Shown here: in pieces, positions 37,853-48,071 of the stretch
How positions within the stretch are numbered: the stretch's first letter is position 1
Layout: every line of letters begins with the position of its first letter
Assembly (NCBI GenBank): GCA_963720755.1
Contig: CAVRGP010000011.1
Span: 832,001 to 896,000, forward strand
Source of the DNA: an uncultured Chloroflexia bacterium
Lineage (GTDB): Bacteria; Chloroflexota; Limnocylindria; Limnocylindrales; CSP1-4
Direction of reading: 5' to 3'
Length of the DNA: 64,000 nucleotides
Translations under genes and position numbers: made by a program
The notes under the pieces: generated by a model
What the model saw: the letters and a program-made list of their open reading frames with translations, nothing else
Told to the model about the DNA's origin: nothing
The model's database searches: none

Positions 37853-38484
37853 CCGAACCGCTGTCGACGACTCGTGGCGCGATGCTGGTGATCATCTCGG
37901 GGCCGAGTGGCGTCGGCAAGGACACCATCATCGATGCGATGCGCCGGCGGCCACACGATCCGGCCTATCACTACGTCGTCACCTGCACGACCCGAGCGCC
38001 GCGGACCGGTGAGCTCGACGGAGTCGATTACCACTTCCTGGCCCGGGACGAGTTCGTGGAGCGGCGAGCGGCCGGCGGCTTTCTCGAGGCGAACGAGGTC
38101 CACGGGAACTGGTACGGGACACCTCGCAGCCAGGTCAGTGACGCCCTCGAGGCCGGTCACGACGTCATCCTCAAGATCGACGTGCAGGGGGCCCAGGTAG
38201 TCAAGACCAAGGTCCCGGGAGCCCTCCTGATCTTCCTCATCCCGCCTTCGCTGCAGGACCTCTTCGACCGCCTGCGGAGCCGGGCCACGGAGACCGCCGA
38301 TGAGCTCGAGCTCCGTCAGCGGAACGCAGCCATCGAGTTGGCCCGGCAGGAGGACTACGACTACGTGGTGACCAATGAGACCGGACAGGTCGAACGGACC
38401 GCGGAACGGATCGACGAGATCATCGACGATGAACATCGTCGACACCCGGACCGCCAGGTCATCGTCTACCCGCGGTCGCCTTGA
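37849..38484 (+). CDS. gmk: Guanylate kinase
   Basis: SGPSGVGK, TTRAPR.GE.DGVDYHF, NWYGT, IDVQGA. Confidence 0.96.
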   Translation: MTEPLSTTRGAMLVIISGPSGVGKDTIIDAMRRRPHDPAYHYVVTCTTRAPRTGELDGVDYHFLARDEFVERRAAGGFLEANEVHGNWYGTPRSQVSDALEAGHDVILKIDVQGAQVVKTKVPGALLIFLIPPSLQDLFDRLRSRATETADELELRQRNAAIELARQEDYDYVVTNETGQVERTAERIDEIIDDEHRRHPDRQVIVYPRSP

Positions 38485-40934
38485 CCCTGGCCGTCGAGGT
38501 GGCGGTCGATGCCGCCGGGCGAGGCGGCGATCGGACCTACACCTATCTCGTGCCGGAGGCACTGGCCGACCTCGAGCCGGGTGAGGCGGTCCTGGTCGGG
38601 TTCGGACGGCGGCAGGCCCTCGGGATCGTCGTGGGCGATCCGACACCCGAGCCGGTCGGTCCTGCCGGTCGATCGGCCCTCAGGCCGATCATGGATCGAG
38701 TCCGGGCGGATGGCCCGCTCATGCCACGCCTGACCCTGTCCCTCGCCCGCCAGATCGCAGCGCACTACCTCGCGCCGCCCGCACTCGTCCTTCGGGCGAT
38801 GCTCCCGCCTGGCCTGCTCGAGCGACTCGAACTCGTGGCCGAGTCGGCCCCCACCCAGAGCGGCCCATCCGCGCCTGACGACCCGATCGTCGAGGATCTG
38901 CTGGGCCAGCTCGAGCGCGGACCGAGACCTGTCCGGGACCTTGCCGGGCCCGATGGTCGGGCGGGCCTGTTGCGGCGGCTTCGCTCATTGGAGGCGGACG
39001 GTCGGATCAGTCTCGCCTGGACCTTGCTCGGTGCCGGTGCAGGCCCCCGCTTCGAGCGCTGGATCCGCCTGACCGACGACGGCCGGAGCGCGGCCGCGAT
39101 GATCGCGAGCGGAGGCCGGCCGGCGGGTCGTCCGCTCGGGCCGCGGCAGGTCGAGGCGATCGCAGCCCTCGCCGGCACGGGGGAAACGGGCCGGCGCGCT
39201 GCCGATCTCGACGCCGGCCTCGGGGGTGGATCCGTCGCCGGACTCGTTCGCCGCGGCCTCGTCGAATCGAACGTGCGCGAGCGCCCGAGGCGACCGCTCG
39301 CGACTCGACCCGTCGGCCTGCGTGGCGGCCGACCGTCCACGAGCGACCTCCTGCCCGCCCAGGCTGACGCCGTCCGTCGAGTCCGGTCGGCCATCGTTGC
39401 CCGCGATCCACGGCCGCTGCTGCTCGACGGCGTGACCGGTGGCGGCAAGACGGCCATCTACGTGGAGGCGATCGCGACCGCGCTCGAGTCGGGACGTCCG
39501 GCTGTCGTGCTCGTGCCGGAGATCGCGCTCGCCCTGCCATTGGTCGATCGTCTTCGAGCCGATCTGGACGCTCGGGTCGCCCTCGTCCACTCCGGCCTTG
39601 GCGACGGGGAACGTGCGGACGAGTGGCGGCGGATCCGGTCGGGCGACGTGGACATCGTCGTCGGGACGCGGCTGGCGGTCGTCGCCCCGCTGGCCGATAT
39701 CGGCCTGATCATCGTGGACGAGGAGCATGATCCGGCCTACAAGAGTGACCGGACGCCTCGCCTCCAGGCGCGCGATGTCGCCATCCGGCTCGCCGGACTG
39801 GCGGGCGCGGCGATCATCCTCGGATCGGCATCACCCGCTGTCGAGACCGTGGGACGGGCGAGGTCGGGGGAGTACGACCGGGTCGTCCTGCCCGTCCGGC
39901 CGGCCGGGGCGGCTCCCACGGTCGAGGTCATCGACCTCCGGGCCGAACTGGCAGCTGGCGAACGCGGGCTGCTGTCGCGGGCGCTGGCCGGCGCGCTGAC
40001 AGGCCTGGACACGGCGGCTGGCGAGCAGGCCATCCTGGTCCTCAATCGGCGGGGGACCGCCTCGGTCGTCCTGTGCCGGGATTGCGGTTACGTCCAGCAA
40101 TGTCCGGATTGCGAACGACCACTGGTCTACCACCAGGCTGGGGCAACCCTGCGCTGCCATCACTGTGGTCGGGCGACGCCGCTGGCGACGCGCTGCCCGG
40201 CATGTGCCTCGCCGCGCATCCGGTATCTCGGTGGTGGCACGGAACGGGTCGAACGGGAGGTCCGGACCAGGTTCGAGGACCTCCGGGTCGGGCGCCTGGA
40301 CCGTGACATCGTCGCCCATCGGGGAGCGGCCGAGCGAGTGATCGACGCCTTCACGGCGGGCCAGCTCGACGTCCTGGTCGGCACCAGCCTTGTGACCAAG
40401 GGGCTGGACATCCCGGCCGTCACCCTCGTCGGGATCGTCTCATCGGACGTGGCCCTCAACCTGCCCGATGAGCGAGCCGCGGAGCGGACGTACCAACTTC
40501 TGGTCCAGGCGATCGGCCGGGCGGGACGTGGCGATCGGGCCGGCCACGCGATCATCCAGACGTATCAGCCCGACCACCCAGCGATCGTGGCGGCGGCGAC
40601 GGCTGACCGGACGGCGTTCTATGACGCCGAATTGGCGATCCGGGAGCGGTTCGGTTCGCCGCCGTTCGGGCGTCTCGTCAAACTGACCGTCGGATCCCCC
40701 GATCGAGCCGAAGCCGAGCGCGAGGCGCAGGCGATGGCAACGCGGCTGCGCGAGCGAGCGGTCGAGTCGGGTCTCGTCGTGGCCGTCGTCGGGCCTGCTC
40801 CAGCCTATGTCGCCAAGCGGGCCGATCGATGGCGCTGGAACGTGATCCTCCGCGGTGCAAACCCGGCTGGACTACTGGCCGATGGGGTCGAGGCCCCGTG
40901 GTCGGTCGATGTCGACCCGGAATCGCTCCTCTGA
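38481..40934 (+). CDS. priA: Primosomal protein N'
   Basis: GVTGGGKT, DEEHD, double Zn finger, KGLD, Q..GRAGR, VDVDP. Confidence 0.96.
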   Translation: MTLAVEVAVDAAGRGGDRTYTYLVPEALADLEPGEAVLVGFGRRQALGIVVGDPTPEPVGPAGRSALRPIMDRVRADGPLMPRLTLSLARQIAAHYLAPPALVLRAMLPPGLLERLELVAESAPTQSGPSAPDDPIVEDLLGQLERGPRPVRDLAGPDGRAGLLRRLRSLEADGRISLAWTLLGAGAGPRFERWIRLTDDGRSAAAMIASGGRPAGRPLGPRQVEAIAALAGTGETGRRAADLDAGLGGGSVAGLVRRGLVESNVRERPRRPLATRPVGLRGGRPSTSDLLPAQADAVRRVRSAIVARDPRPLLLDGVTGGGKTAIYVEAIATALESGRPAVVLVPEIALALPLVDRLRADLDARVALVHSGLGDGERADEWRRIRSGDVDIVVGTRLAVVAPLADIGLIIVDEEHDPAYKSDRTPRLQARDVAIRLAGLAGAAIILGSASPAVETVGRARSGEYDRVVLPVRPAGAAPTVEVIDLRAELAAGERGLLSRALAGALTGLDTAAGEQAILVLNRRGTASVVLCRDCGYVQQCPDCERPLVYHQAGATLRCHHCGRATPLATRCPACASPRIRYLGGGTERVEREVRTRFEDLRVGRLDRDIVAHRGAAERVIDAFTAGQLDVLVGTSLVTKGLDIPAVTLVGIVSSDVALNLPDERAAERTYQLLVQAIGRAGRGDRAGHAIIQTYQPDHPAIVAAATADRTAFYDAELAIRERFGSPPFGRLVKLTVGSPDRAEAEREAQAMATRLRERAVESGLVVAVVGPAPAYVAKRADRWRWNVILRGANPAGLLADGVEAPWSVDVDPESLL

Positions 40935-41011
40935 CGCCCTACCGAGGCCGTTGACCCGGATCCTCGCGTTCGTGCGAGGATTAGGTGCCACAGCGCACCG
41001 AGGAGCCGACC

Positions 41012-41503
41012 ATGACCGAACCGACGGGGACCGACAAGCCGGAGACGCCGGCAGCCGACGAGACCTTCACCTGGACCGGCGATGATGAGCCGGGGACCGC
41101 GGCGTCGGGGGCTGGCGCCACGGCGGCCGCGATCCTGGAATCCATCCGTGAGGCCGTCGATGACCTCGCAGAGCGCGCCTCGCCGTCGGTTCGTGAGTTT
41201 TCGGCCCGCGCGGCGGAGATGGCCGCCTTGGCCGCAGACCGCGCCGCGCCGATGGTGAAGCGAGCCGGCGACGTGACGTCGGAAGCCAGCGACAAGATCG
41301 CCTCGAGGTCGCGGGCCTGGGCGGCCGACATTCGGAGCACCCTTCCGGCCGACACGGCCGGTGGCACAGACGATGCACCGCCGTCGACCACGACCGCGGT
41401 CGTCGACCCCATCGCCGGGTCCGGCCGAGCGCCGAGCGCCGATCCAGCGGCCGGTCCCGATGCGGCCGAATCCACGGCATCCGAGTCGTCGTCCCAGGGC
41501 TGA
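41012..41503 (+). CDS. Hypothetical Ala-rich protein
   Basis: SD GAGGAG before ATG 41012; fills the intergenic gap. Confidence 0.6.
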   Translation: MTEPTGTDKPETPAADETFTWTGDDEPGTAASGAGATAAAILESIREAVDDLAERASPSVREFSARAAEMAALAADRAAPMVKRAGDVTSEASDKIASRSRAWAADIRSTLPADTAGGTDDAPPSTTTAVVDPIAGSGRAPSADPAAGPDAAESTASESSSQG

Positions 41504-41526
41504 CCGCCCATCCGTATACTCCGCCC

Positions 41527-42042
41527 ATGAGTGTCCGACCCATCGTCCTGCTCGGCGATCCGCGCCTTCGGCTCAAGGGCAAGCCCGTCGACAGCTTCGG
41601 CAAGTACCTGCACGAACTCCTCGACGACCTTGCCCATACCATGCGCGACGCCCCCGGTGTCGGGCTGGCAGCGCCGCAACTCGGTGAGGCCGTGCAGGCG
41701 TGCGTCATCGAGGTCGAGGGACAGCTGCACGAGCTGGTCAACCCGCGCATCGTTCGTTCGATCGGTGACGACCGCGATCTGGAGGGCTGCCTGTCGATCC
41801 CGGGCTACGTCGCCTATGTCACTCGGCGCGAGCGCGTGTGGGTCGTCGCCCAGGACCGGCAGGGCCGGAAGATCCGGGTCGCCGGCTCCGGGCTTCTGGG
41901 TCGTGCTCTGCAGCATGAACTCGACCACCTCGACGGCAAGCTCTACATCGACTACCTCGAATCGATGGACGAACTGATGGCCGTCGGAGTGGGCAACGAG
42001 GACGACGCGGAGGTCCGCGAGGCGACGAGCGCCCTCGCGTGA
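41527..42042 (+). CDS. def: Peptide deformylase
   Basis: GVGLAAPQ, EGCLS, QHELDHLDG. Confidence 0.97.
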   Translation: MSVRPIVLLGDPRLRLKGKPVDSFGKYLHELLDDLAHTMRDAPGVGLAAPQLGEAVQACVIEVEGQLHELVNPRIVRSIGDDRDLEGCLSIPGYVAYVTRRERVWVVAQDRQGRKIRVAGSGLLGRALQHELDHLDGKLYIDYLESMDELMAVGVGNEDDAEVREATSALA

Positions 42043-42998
42043 CGGTGCGGCGGGCCGACGGCTCGCGCGTCCGGACCGTGTTCCTGGGCAGTGGTCCATT
42101 CGCGACCGGGATCCTCGATGTCCTTGCCGCGCATCCAGCCGTCGATGTCGTCGGTGTGGTCACGGCGCCGCCGCGCCCGGCAGGACGCGGTCGACAGCTC
42201 GAGCCGACCGTCATCGAGCGGCGAGCTCGAGCGCTCGTCATCGAGCGAATCCTGACGCCCGAACGTCTTCGTGCCGCCGACGCCACCGAGTCCGTGCTGG
42301 CGCTCGAGCCCGGGTTAGTCGTCCTGGCCGACTACGGCCAGCTGGTTCCCGGCGCGATCCTGCGCGTGGCGCATGGGGCGCTCAACCTGCATCCATCGCT
42401 CCTGCCCAGGCACCGGGGGGCGACGCCCATCCCGGCGGCGATCCTGGCCGGCGATCGACAGACCGGCGTCACGTTGATGCAGATGGATGAGGGATTGGAC
42501 ACCGGCCCGATCGCAGCGCAGCGGATCTGGCCGCTGGACGGGACCGAGACCGCGCCCATCCTCGGATCGAGCCTGGGTCACCTTGCGGCGGAGCTTCTGG
42601 CCGAGGAACTCGGGCGGTGGCTGGATGGCGCGATCGCCCCGGTCGCCCAACCGGTCGACGGCGTGACCGTCACCCGCGCTCTTCGCCGAGAAGACGGAAG
42701 GCTGGATCCGCGCCACTCGAGCGCCGCCCTGGAACGGCAGGTTCGCGCCTACCAGCCCTGGCCGGGATCGTTCATCGACACGATCGCCGGTCGGATCGTC
42801 GTCTGGAGGGCAGCCGATGCTGACCGGACGGGATCGGCCCTCGCCGGGGAGCTCGACCCGATCGGTCTGGCGACCGGTGACGGGCGTCGGCTCATACTCG
42901 AGGAAGTCCAGCCGGCCGGACGCGGGCGGATGTCCTGGGACGCGCTCCTCCGCGGTCGTCCGTCCCTTATCGGCAGCACGGTCGTCCCGGGTCGATGA
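42039..42998 (+). CDS. fmt: Methionyl-tRNA formyltransferase
   Basis: NLHPSLLPRHRGATP, MDEGLDTG. Confidence 0.95.
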   Translation: MTVRRADGSRVRTVFLGSGPFATGILDVLAAHPAVDVVGVVTAPPRPAGRGRQLEPTVIERRARALVIERILTPERLRAADATESVLALEPGLVVLADYGQLVPGAILRVAHGALNLHPSLLPRHRGATPIPAAILAGDRQTGVTLMQMDEGLDTGPIAAQRIWPLDGTETAPILGSSLGHLAAELLAEELGRWLDGAIAPVAQPVDGVTVTRALRREDGRLDPRHSSAALERQVRAYQPWPGSFIDTIAGRIVVWRAADADRTGSALAGELDPIGLATGDGRRLILEEVQPAGRGRMSWDALLRGRPSLIGSTVVPGR

Positions 42999-43020
42999 AC
43001 CCGTGCGCTAGCATCGACCG

Positions 43021-44199
43021 GTGACGATCGATCCGCGCCCAGGCTTGTCGGGGCTCCAACCCGATGCCCTCGCGCGCTGGCTCGATGAGCGATCGCTCGA
43101 GGGGTACCGAGGTCGGCAGATCGCCGACGCCGTGTGGGGCGGCAGGGTGGGCTCCATCGACGAGATCCAGACGCTCCCCGCGATCCTGCGCGACGGGCTC
43201 GCCGATGCGTTCCAGTTCGATACGCTGTACTCCACGGAGCGAACGGAGGCCGATGGTGGGCTGACCGAGAAGGGGCTCCACACCTTGGCCGACGGCGCCC
43301 TCATCGAGTCGGTCCTGATGCACTACCCGGCCAGGGCCGGCTCCCGTGAGCGACACACGCTGTGCATCTCGAGCCAGGCGGGGTGTGCGGTCGGTTGCCC
43401 GTTTTGTGCGACCGGGGAACTCGGCTTCGGGCGCGACCTCGAGGTGGCCGAGATCGTGGACCAGGTACGGTCTGCCTCGCGCCGCCTGATCGCCGACGGG
43501 AAGCGGTTGACCAACATCGTGTTCATGGGGATGGGCGAGCCGCTCCTCAATCTCGATCGCGTCCTGGCGGCGATCGAGGCGCTCAACGATCCACGCCGAT
43601 TCGGCCTCGGCGCGCGCCACATCACGGTCTCCACGTCGGGAGTGGTGCCCGGGATCCGGCGGCTCACCGCGCTCGGCCCACAATTCACTCTGGCCGTCTC
43701 GCTGCACGCTGCCCGCGACCCGTTGCGCGACGTGCTGGTGCCCCTGAACCGCCGCTGGCCGGTTGCGGAAGTCGTCGCGGCCGCGCGCGATCATTCGCGA
43801 GCGACGGGTCGACGGATCAGCTACGAGGTCACCATGATCGGCGGGGTGAACGACACGGAGGCGGATGCGGAGGCGATGGTGGACCTGCTGCGGGGCGACC
43901 ACGCCCATGTCAACCTGATCCCGATGAACGCCGTCGCCCACACGCCGTGGACCGCCAGTCCGATGCCGGTGATCGAGCGGTTCGCGGCGACCCTCCGGGC
44001 GACCGGGATCGAGACGACCATCCGTCGGAACCGCGGCGCGGAAGTCGGGGCGGCGTGTGGCCAGCTGGCTGCCGAACGGGCAGGTGAGCCGCCGGCGCCG
44101 GCGGTCGCTCGACGCCGGGCGCGACTCATCGCGGAGAGCGCAGCCGCATTCCAGGGCCGGCGCAGCGATGAGCGGGCGCCAGTCGGGACGGGGGACTGA
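43021..44199 (+). CDS. rlmN: Radical SAM 23S rRNA/tRNA m2A methyltransferase
   Basis: CISSQAGCAVGCPFCATG, FMGMGEP, AACGQL. Confidence 0.96.
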   Translation: MTIDPRPGLSGLQPDALARWLDERSLEGYRGRQIADAVWGGRVGSIDEIQTLPAILRDGLADAFQFDTLYSTERTEADGGLTEKGLHTLADGALIESVLMHYPARAGSRERHTLCISSQAGCAVGCPFCATGELGFGRDLEVAEIVDQVRSASRRLIADGKRLTNIVFMGMGEPLLNLDRVLAAIEALNDPRRFGLGARHITVSTSGVVPGIRRLTALGPQFTLAVSLHAARDPLRDVLVPLNRRWPVAEVVAAARDHSRATGRRISYEVTMIGGVNDTEADAEAMVDLLRGDHAHVNLIPMNAVAHTPWTASPMPVIERFAATLRATGIETTIRRNRGAEVGAACGQLAAERAGEPPAPAVARRRARLIAESAAAFQGRRSDERAPVGTGD

Positions 44200-44201
44200 T
44201 C

Positions 44202-45197
44202 GTGGCGGACGGTCGGGCCCGGGTCGCCGCCAGCATCCTCGACGCGGACCTGTCGAACCTCGGTCATGCGGTCCGTCGCGTCGAACGGGCCGGTGCGGAC
44301 CGGATCCACCTGGATGTCATGGACGCGCACTTCGTGCCGAACCTGACGTTCGGAGCCAAGACGATCAAGCACCTCCGCCGCCGCACCGAACTGCCATTCG
44401 ACGCTCACCTCATGGTGGACGAGCCGGGTCGGTTCCTCGACGAGTATCTCGACGCCGGGTGCGATTCGATCACGGTCCACGTCGAGATCGAGGAACCGAT
44501 CGCGCCGACGCTCCAACGGATCAAGGAGGCGGGCCGCGCTGCCGGCCTGGCCGTGAAGCCGGGGACCCCGTTGACCGCGCTCGAGCCGTATCAGGAGCTC
44601 CTCGACATCGTCCTGGTGATGACGGTCGAGCCTGGGTTCGGTGGCCAGACGTTCATGCGCGACGTGGCGGCCGCCAAGCTCCTGGCGGCACGCGACCTCC
44701 TTCGACACAAGGCCTACGGCGGGGAGGTGCATGTCGACGGCGGGATCAACCGAGAGACGGCGGAATTCGCCGGCGGGCTCGGGGTCGACGTCCTCGTGGT
44801 TGGATCCGCACTCTTCCTCAGGGGCCGGGACATGGGTCGCGAGATCCGATTGATCCGGGCGCTCGCGGACGAGGGCTACCAGTACAACCTGAACGACGGG
44901 GTCCCGCCGATACCGCGCGACCGGATGGTCGCGTTCACCTCCCTGCCGCGGCATCTGAGCGTGAAGTTGATGGAGCAGATCGAAGCGGGCGGCATCCCGG
45001 TCATCATGCTCCGCGGCGATGGCCAGCTGAACCCGGACGGCGTGCGCGACTACGACCTGCTCGTGCCCGCCTCGACCGAAGCGGTCGTGGTCGAGCGGCA
45101 TTCGGCGGCCCGGGCGGCCCTCCAGGACGAGGCAGTCTCCTGGCGGAGCGCCTTCGTGGCCGAGCACGGGATCGTCCCGCCGCCGACCAATTCGTGA
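44202..45197 (+). CDS. rpe: Ribulose-phosphate 3-epimerase with ~110-aa C-terminal extension
   Basis: HLDVMD.HFVPNLTFG, DAHLM, MTVEPGFGGQ, VDGGI. Confidence 0.93.
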   Translation: MADGRARVAASILDADLSNLGHAVRRVERAGADRIHLDVMDAHFVPNLTFGAKTIKHLRRRTELPFDAHLMVDEPGRFLDEYLDAGCDSITVHVEIEEPIAPTLQRIKEAGRAAGLAVKPGTPLTALEPYQELLDIVLVMTVEPGFGGQTFMRDVAAAKLLAARDLLRHKAYGGEVHVDGGINRETAEFAGGLGVDVLVVGSALFLRGRDMGREIRLIRALADEGYQYNLNDGVPPIPRDRMVAFTSLPRHLSVKLMEQIEAGGIPVIMLRGDGQLNPDGVRDYDLLVPASTEAVVVERHSAARAALQDEAVSWRSAFVAEHGIVPPPTNS

Positions 45198-45640
45198 GAG
45201 CCCTCCTCCAGCGGACGAGCAGCGCGGAAGTCCGGATCGGTGACGAGGTGGTCGGGGCGATCGATCAGGGCCTCGTGGTGTTCCTCGGGGTGGGTCCCGA
45301 TGACGATGAGCGGATCGGCCGTGACCTAGCTACCAGGGTGGCCGATATCCGGATCTTCCGGGACGAGGCGGGCCGGACGAACCGGTCGCTCCGGGAGGTC
45401 CACGGTAGTGCTCTGGTCGTATCCCAGTTCACGCTCTACGCGGATACCCGTCGAGGGCGTCGACCAGGGTTCACCGGTGCGGCGCAGCCCGAACTGGCAC
45501 AGCGCTGCTACGAGCGATTCGTCGAGGCGCTGACCGGTCTCGGGGTCACGGTCGCGACGGGCCGGTTTGGCGCGGAGATGGCGGTCAGCCTCGTCAACGA
45601 CGGCCCATTCACGATCTGGCTCGATACCGCCGATCGGTAG
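45194..45640 (+). CDS. dtd: D-aminoacyl-tRNA deacylase
   Basis: MRALLQR, VSQFTL, GRRPGF, NDGPFT. Confidence 0.95.
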   Translation: MRALLQRTSSAEVRIGDEVVGAIDQGLVVFLGVGPDDDERIGRDLATRVADIRIFRDEAGRTNRSLREVHGSALVVSQFTLYADTRRGRRPGFTGAAQPELAQRCYERFVEALTGLGVTVATGRFGAEMAVSLVNDGPFTIWLDTADR

Positions 45641-45658
45641 GGCAGGGGAGGCGGACGA

Positions 45659-45856
45659 CTACCGGGACGCCTTGAGCATCGTCCGCCGGCAGCGAGTACA
45701 GACGAGGGCCTTCGTCGGCTGACCCTTCTTCTCGATGACGAGCGGCTGGAGGTTCGGTTTCATCCGGCGGTGGGCTCGAACGCGGTTCATCCCCGAAGAC
45801 TGGGGGTTGAAGCCGCCCATCGATACCTTGCCGCAGATCGCGCAGGAGCGGGCCAT
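45659..45856 (-). CDS. rpmB: 50S ribosomal protein L28
   Basis: MARSCAICGK...RR.KPNLQ...VCTRCRRT; divergent from asp23-DAK2 as is typical. Confidence 0.9.
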   Translation of the reverse strand: MARSCAICGKVSMGGFNPQSSGMNRVRAHRRMKPNLQPLVIEKKGQPTKALVCTRCRRTMLKASR

Positions 45857-45991
45857 GCGAGGTCCTCTGGAGGGCGAGATGGAGGTTGCCGTGCCCGGTA
45901 GGGCGCGAACGGAGCGGTAGAATAGCACACGGCCCTCGACGACCGTGTCCGGGGATCCTGACCCCGTGTTCGCCAGGAGGACCTCGCCCGC

Positions 45992-46414
45992 GTGCCGATT
46001 CGACCCAACCCCGGCCGATCCCTCGTCACACGCCAGGTCGTCATCGACCTCGTTCGCGCGGCCGCCGTCGGATCGTACGGCGTGACCGGGTTTGCCGGCT
46101 CGTGGCGGAAGCGGCTGCTCGGGCGTCTCGGACTCGCCCAACCGGGGATCGACGTCCACCTCGGGGCCGTCATCGATATCGATCTGGACCTGACGGTGGC
46201 GTACGGCGTGCCGATCGCCGAGGTGGCCCGCCAGGTCAATTCGGCGGTCCGCTACTCGCTCGCCCGGGCGATCGGCCGCGACGTCCGCCGGTTGATGATC
46301 CACATCGATGGCCTCCGGTTCGGACCCGGCGGGATCCCTCCTGCCACGACCGACCGACCGGCCGACGTCGTCGGGCCTCGCGAGTTGGCCGATAGCGGCA
46401 CGGACGTCGCCTGA
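45992..46414 (+). CDS. Asp23/Gls24 family protein (YloU-like)
   Basis: SYGVTG, VAYGVPIAEVA; synteny. Confidence 0.85.
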   Translation: MPIRPNPGRSLVTRQVVIDLVRAAAVGSYGVTGFAGSWRKRLLGRLGLAQPGIDVHLGAVIDIDLDLTVAYGVPIAEVARQVNSAVRYSLARAIGRDVRRLMIHIDGLRFGPGGIPPATTDRPADVVGPRELADSGTDVA

Positions 46415-48069
46415 TGGCTCGGCGGGCCTGCGACGGGGACAGCCTGCTCCGCGCCTTCCGCGCCGCCGTCACCAACCTCGAGGCCCACGTCGAGGAGATC
46501 AATGCGCTGAACGTGTACCCCGTGCCCGACGGCGATACCGGTTCGAACATGGTCGCGACCGTGAAGGCCGCCCTCGATGAGGCCGAGCGCGCGGCGGATC
46601 GATCGGCCGAACGAGTCGCGGCCGCGATCAGCTTCGGTGCGCTGATGGGTGCCCGGGGGAACTCGGGTGTCATCACCAGCCAGATCTTCCGCGGCATGGC
46701 CGACGGTCTCGGCGGGAAGAAGCGGTTCAACGGTCTCGATCTCGCGAACGCGCTGGCCATGGGCTCCAAGAGTGCGTATGCCGCGGTCTCCAAGCCGGTC
46801 GAGGGGACCATCCTCACCGTCATCCGGGACTCCGCCGACGCGGCCGTCAGCGCAGCCGAGGCCGACGAGGATATCGAGACGGTCCTGGCAGCGACGCTCG
46901 ATGCAGCCGAGCACTCGGTCGCGAGGACGCCCGGCCTCCTTGCGGTCCTGCGCGAGGCAGGGGTCGTCGACGCCGGCGGCCAGGGACTCTACCGGCTGTT
47001 CCAGGGTGCGCTCCTGTATCTCCTCGGCCAGGCGCCCGCCGGCGCCGGCCGCGATCGCGGACGGACGAGCCCCACGGCCAAGCCGTCCACCTTGGTGGCG
47101 CACGCGGATGAGGGCTTCGGCTACGAGACCATGTTCCTGCTTCGACCGAATGGGTCCGGGGCTCTCGACGTCGACGCGATCCGTGACCATTTCGAATCGA
47201 TCGGCGAGTCGGTCCTCGTGGCCGGCGATCGTCGCGCGCTCAAGATCCACGTCCACAATGAGCGTCCGGACCTGGTCGTCGGCTTCGCACTCGGCATCGG
47301 ATCGATCAGCCGGATCAGTATCGAGAACCTGGACGATCAGGCTCGCGATGTCCGCGAGGCGCGCGCCGTCGCATTCACCGGGCAGGCGGCCGCCCCGGCG
47401 TCGGCCGAGCGTCCCCGGCTGGGGGTCGTCGCGGTGGTCGCCGGCGACGGCCTGGCGGCGATCTTCCGCGATTTCGGCGTTTCCGCCGTGGTCCGGGGCG
47501 GCCAGACGTCGAACCCGAGCACCGGCGAGCTACTGGCCGGGATCGAGGGGGTCGAAGCGCACGAGATCGTCATCCTGCCCAACAACCCGAACGTCATCCT
47601 GGCCGCTCGCCAGGTCGCCGAAATGACCGATCGACCGATGGTCGTCATCCCGACTCGGAATGCCGCCGAGGGCTTCGCCGCGCTGCTGGCACTCGATCCG
47701 ACCCTCGATGCGGCGGCGAATGCCGAACCGATGGCGAAGGCGGCCCGCGAGATCCAGACCCTGGTCGTGACCGAAGCCGTGCGCGACGCGACGATCGGTG
47801 GGCGGAAGGTGAAGCGCGGACAGACGATCGCGCTCGACCCGGACGAAGGATTGGTCGCGTCGGGTAGCGATCGAGGCAAGGCCGTCCTGGCCGCCGTGGC
47901 GGCCCTGACCCCCGGGTACGAGCTGTTGACCTTGTTCTACGGCGATGGCGCGGACCTCGCCGAGTCGGAGGAGATGGCGCGACGGATCGGTTCGGTCGCG
48001 CCCGAGGTCGAGGTCGAGGTCCGTCACGGTGGACAGCCGTTCTACCGGTATCTGATCGCAGCCGAGTAG
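46414..48069 (+). CDS. DAK2 domain protein (FakA/YloV-like fatty acid kinase subunit)
   Basis: INALNVYPVPDGDTGSNM, GARGNSG, GGQTSNPS, GGQPFY. Confidence 0.93.
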   Translation: MARRACDGDSLLRAFRAAVTNLEAHVEEINALNVYPVPDGDTGSNMVATVKAALDEAERAADRSAERVAAAISFGALMGARGNSGVITSQIFRGMADGLGGKKRFNGLDLANALAMGSKSAYAAVSKPVEGTILTVIRDSADAAVSAAEADEDIETVLAATLDAAEHSVARTPGLLAVLREAGVVDAGGQGLYRLFQGALLYLLGQAPAGAGRDRGRTSPTAKPSTLVAHADEGFGYETMFLLRPNGSGALDVDAIRDHFESIGESVLVAGDRRALKIHVHNERPDLVVGFALGIGSISRISIENLDDQARDVREARAVAFTGQAAAPASAERPRLGVVAVVAGDGLAAIFRDFGVSAVVRGGQTSNPSTGELLAGIEGVEAHEIVILPNNPNVILAARQVAEMTDRPMVVIPTRNAAEGFAALLALDPTLDAAANAEPMAKAAREIQTLVVTEAVRDATIGGRKVKRGQTIALDPDEGLVASGSDRGKAVLAAVAALTPGYELLTLFYGDGADLAESEEMARRIGSVAPEVEVEVRHGGQPFYRYLIAAE

Positions 48070-48071
48070 GC

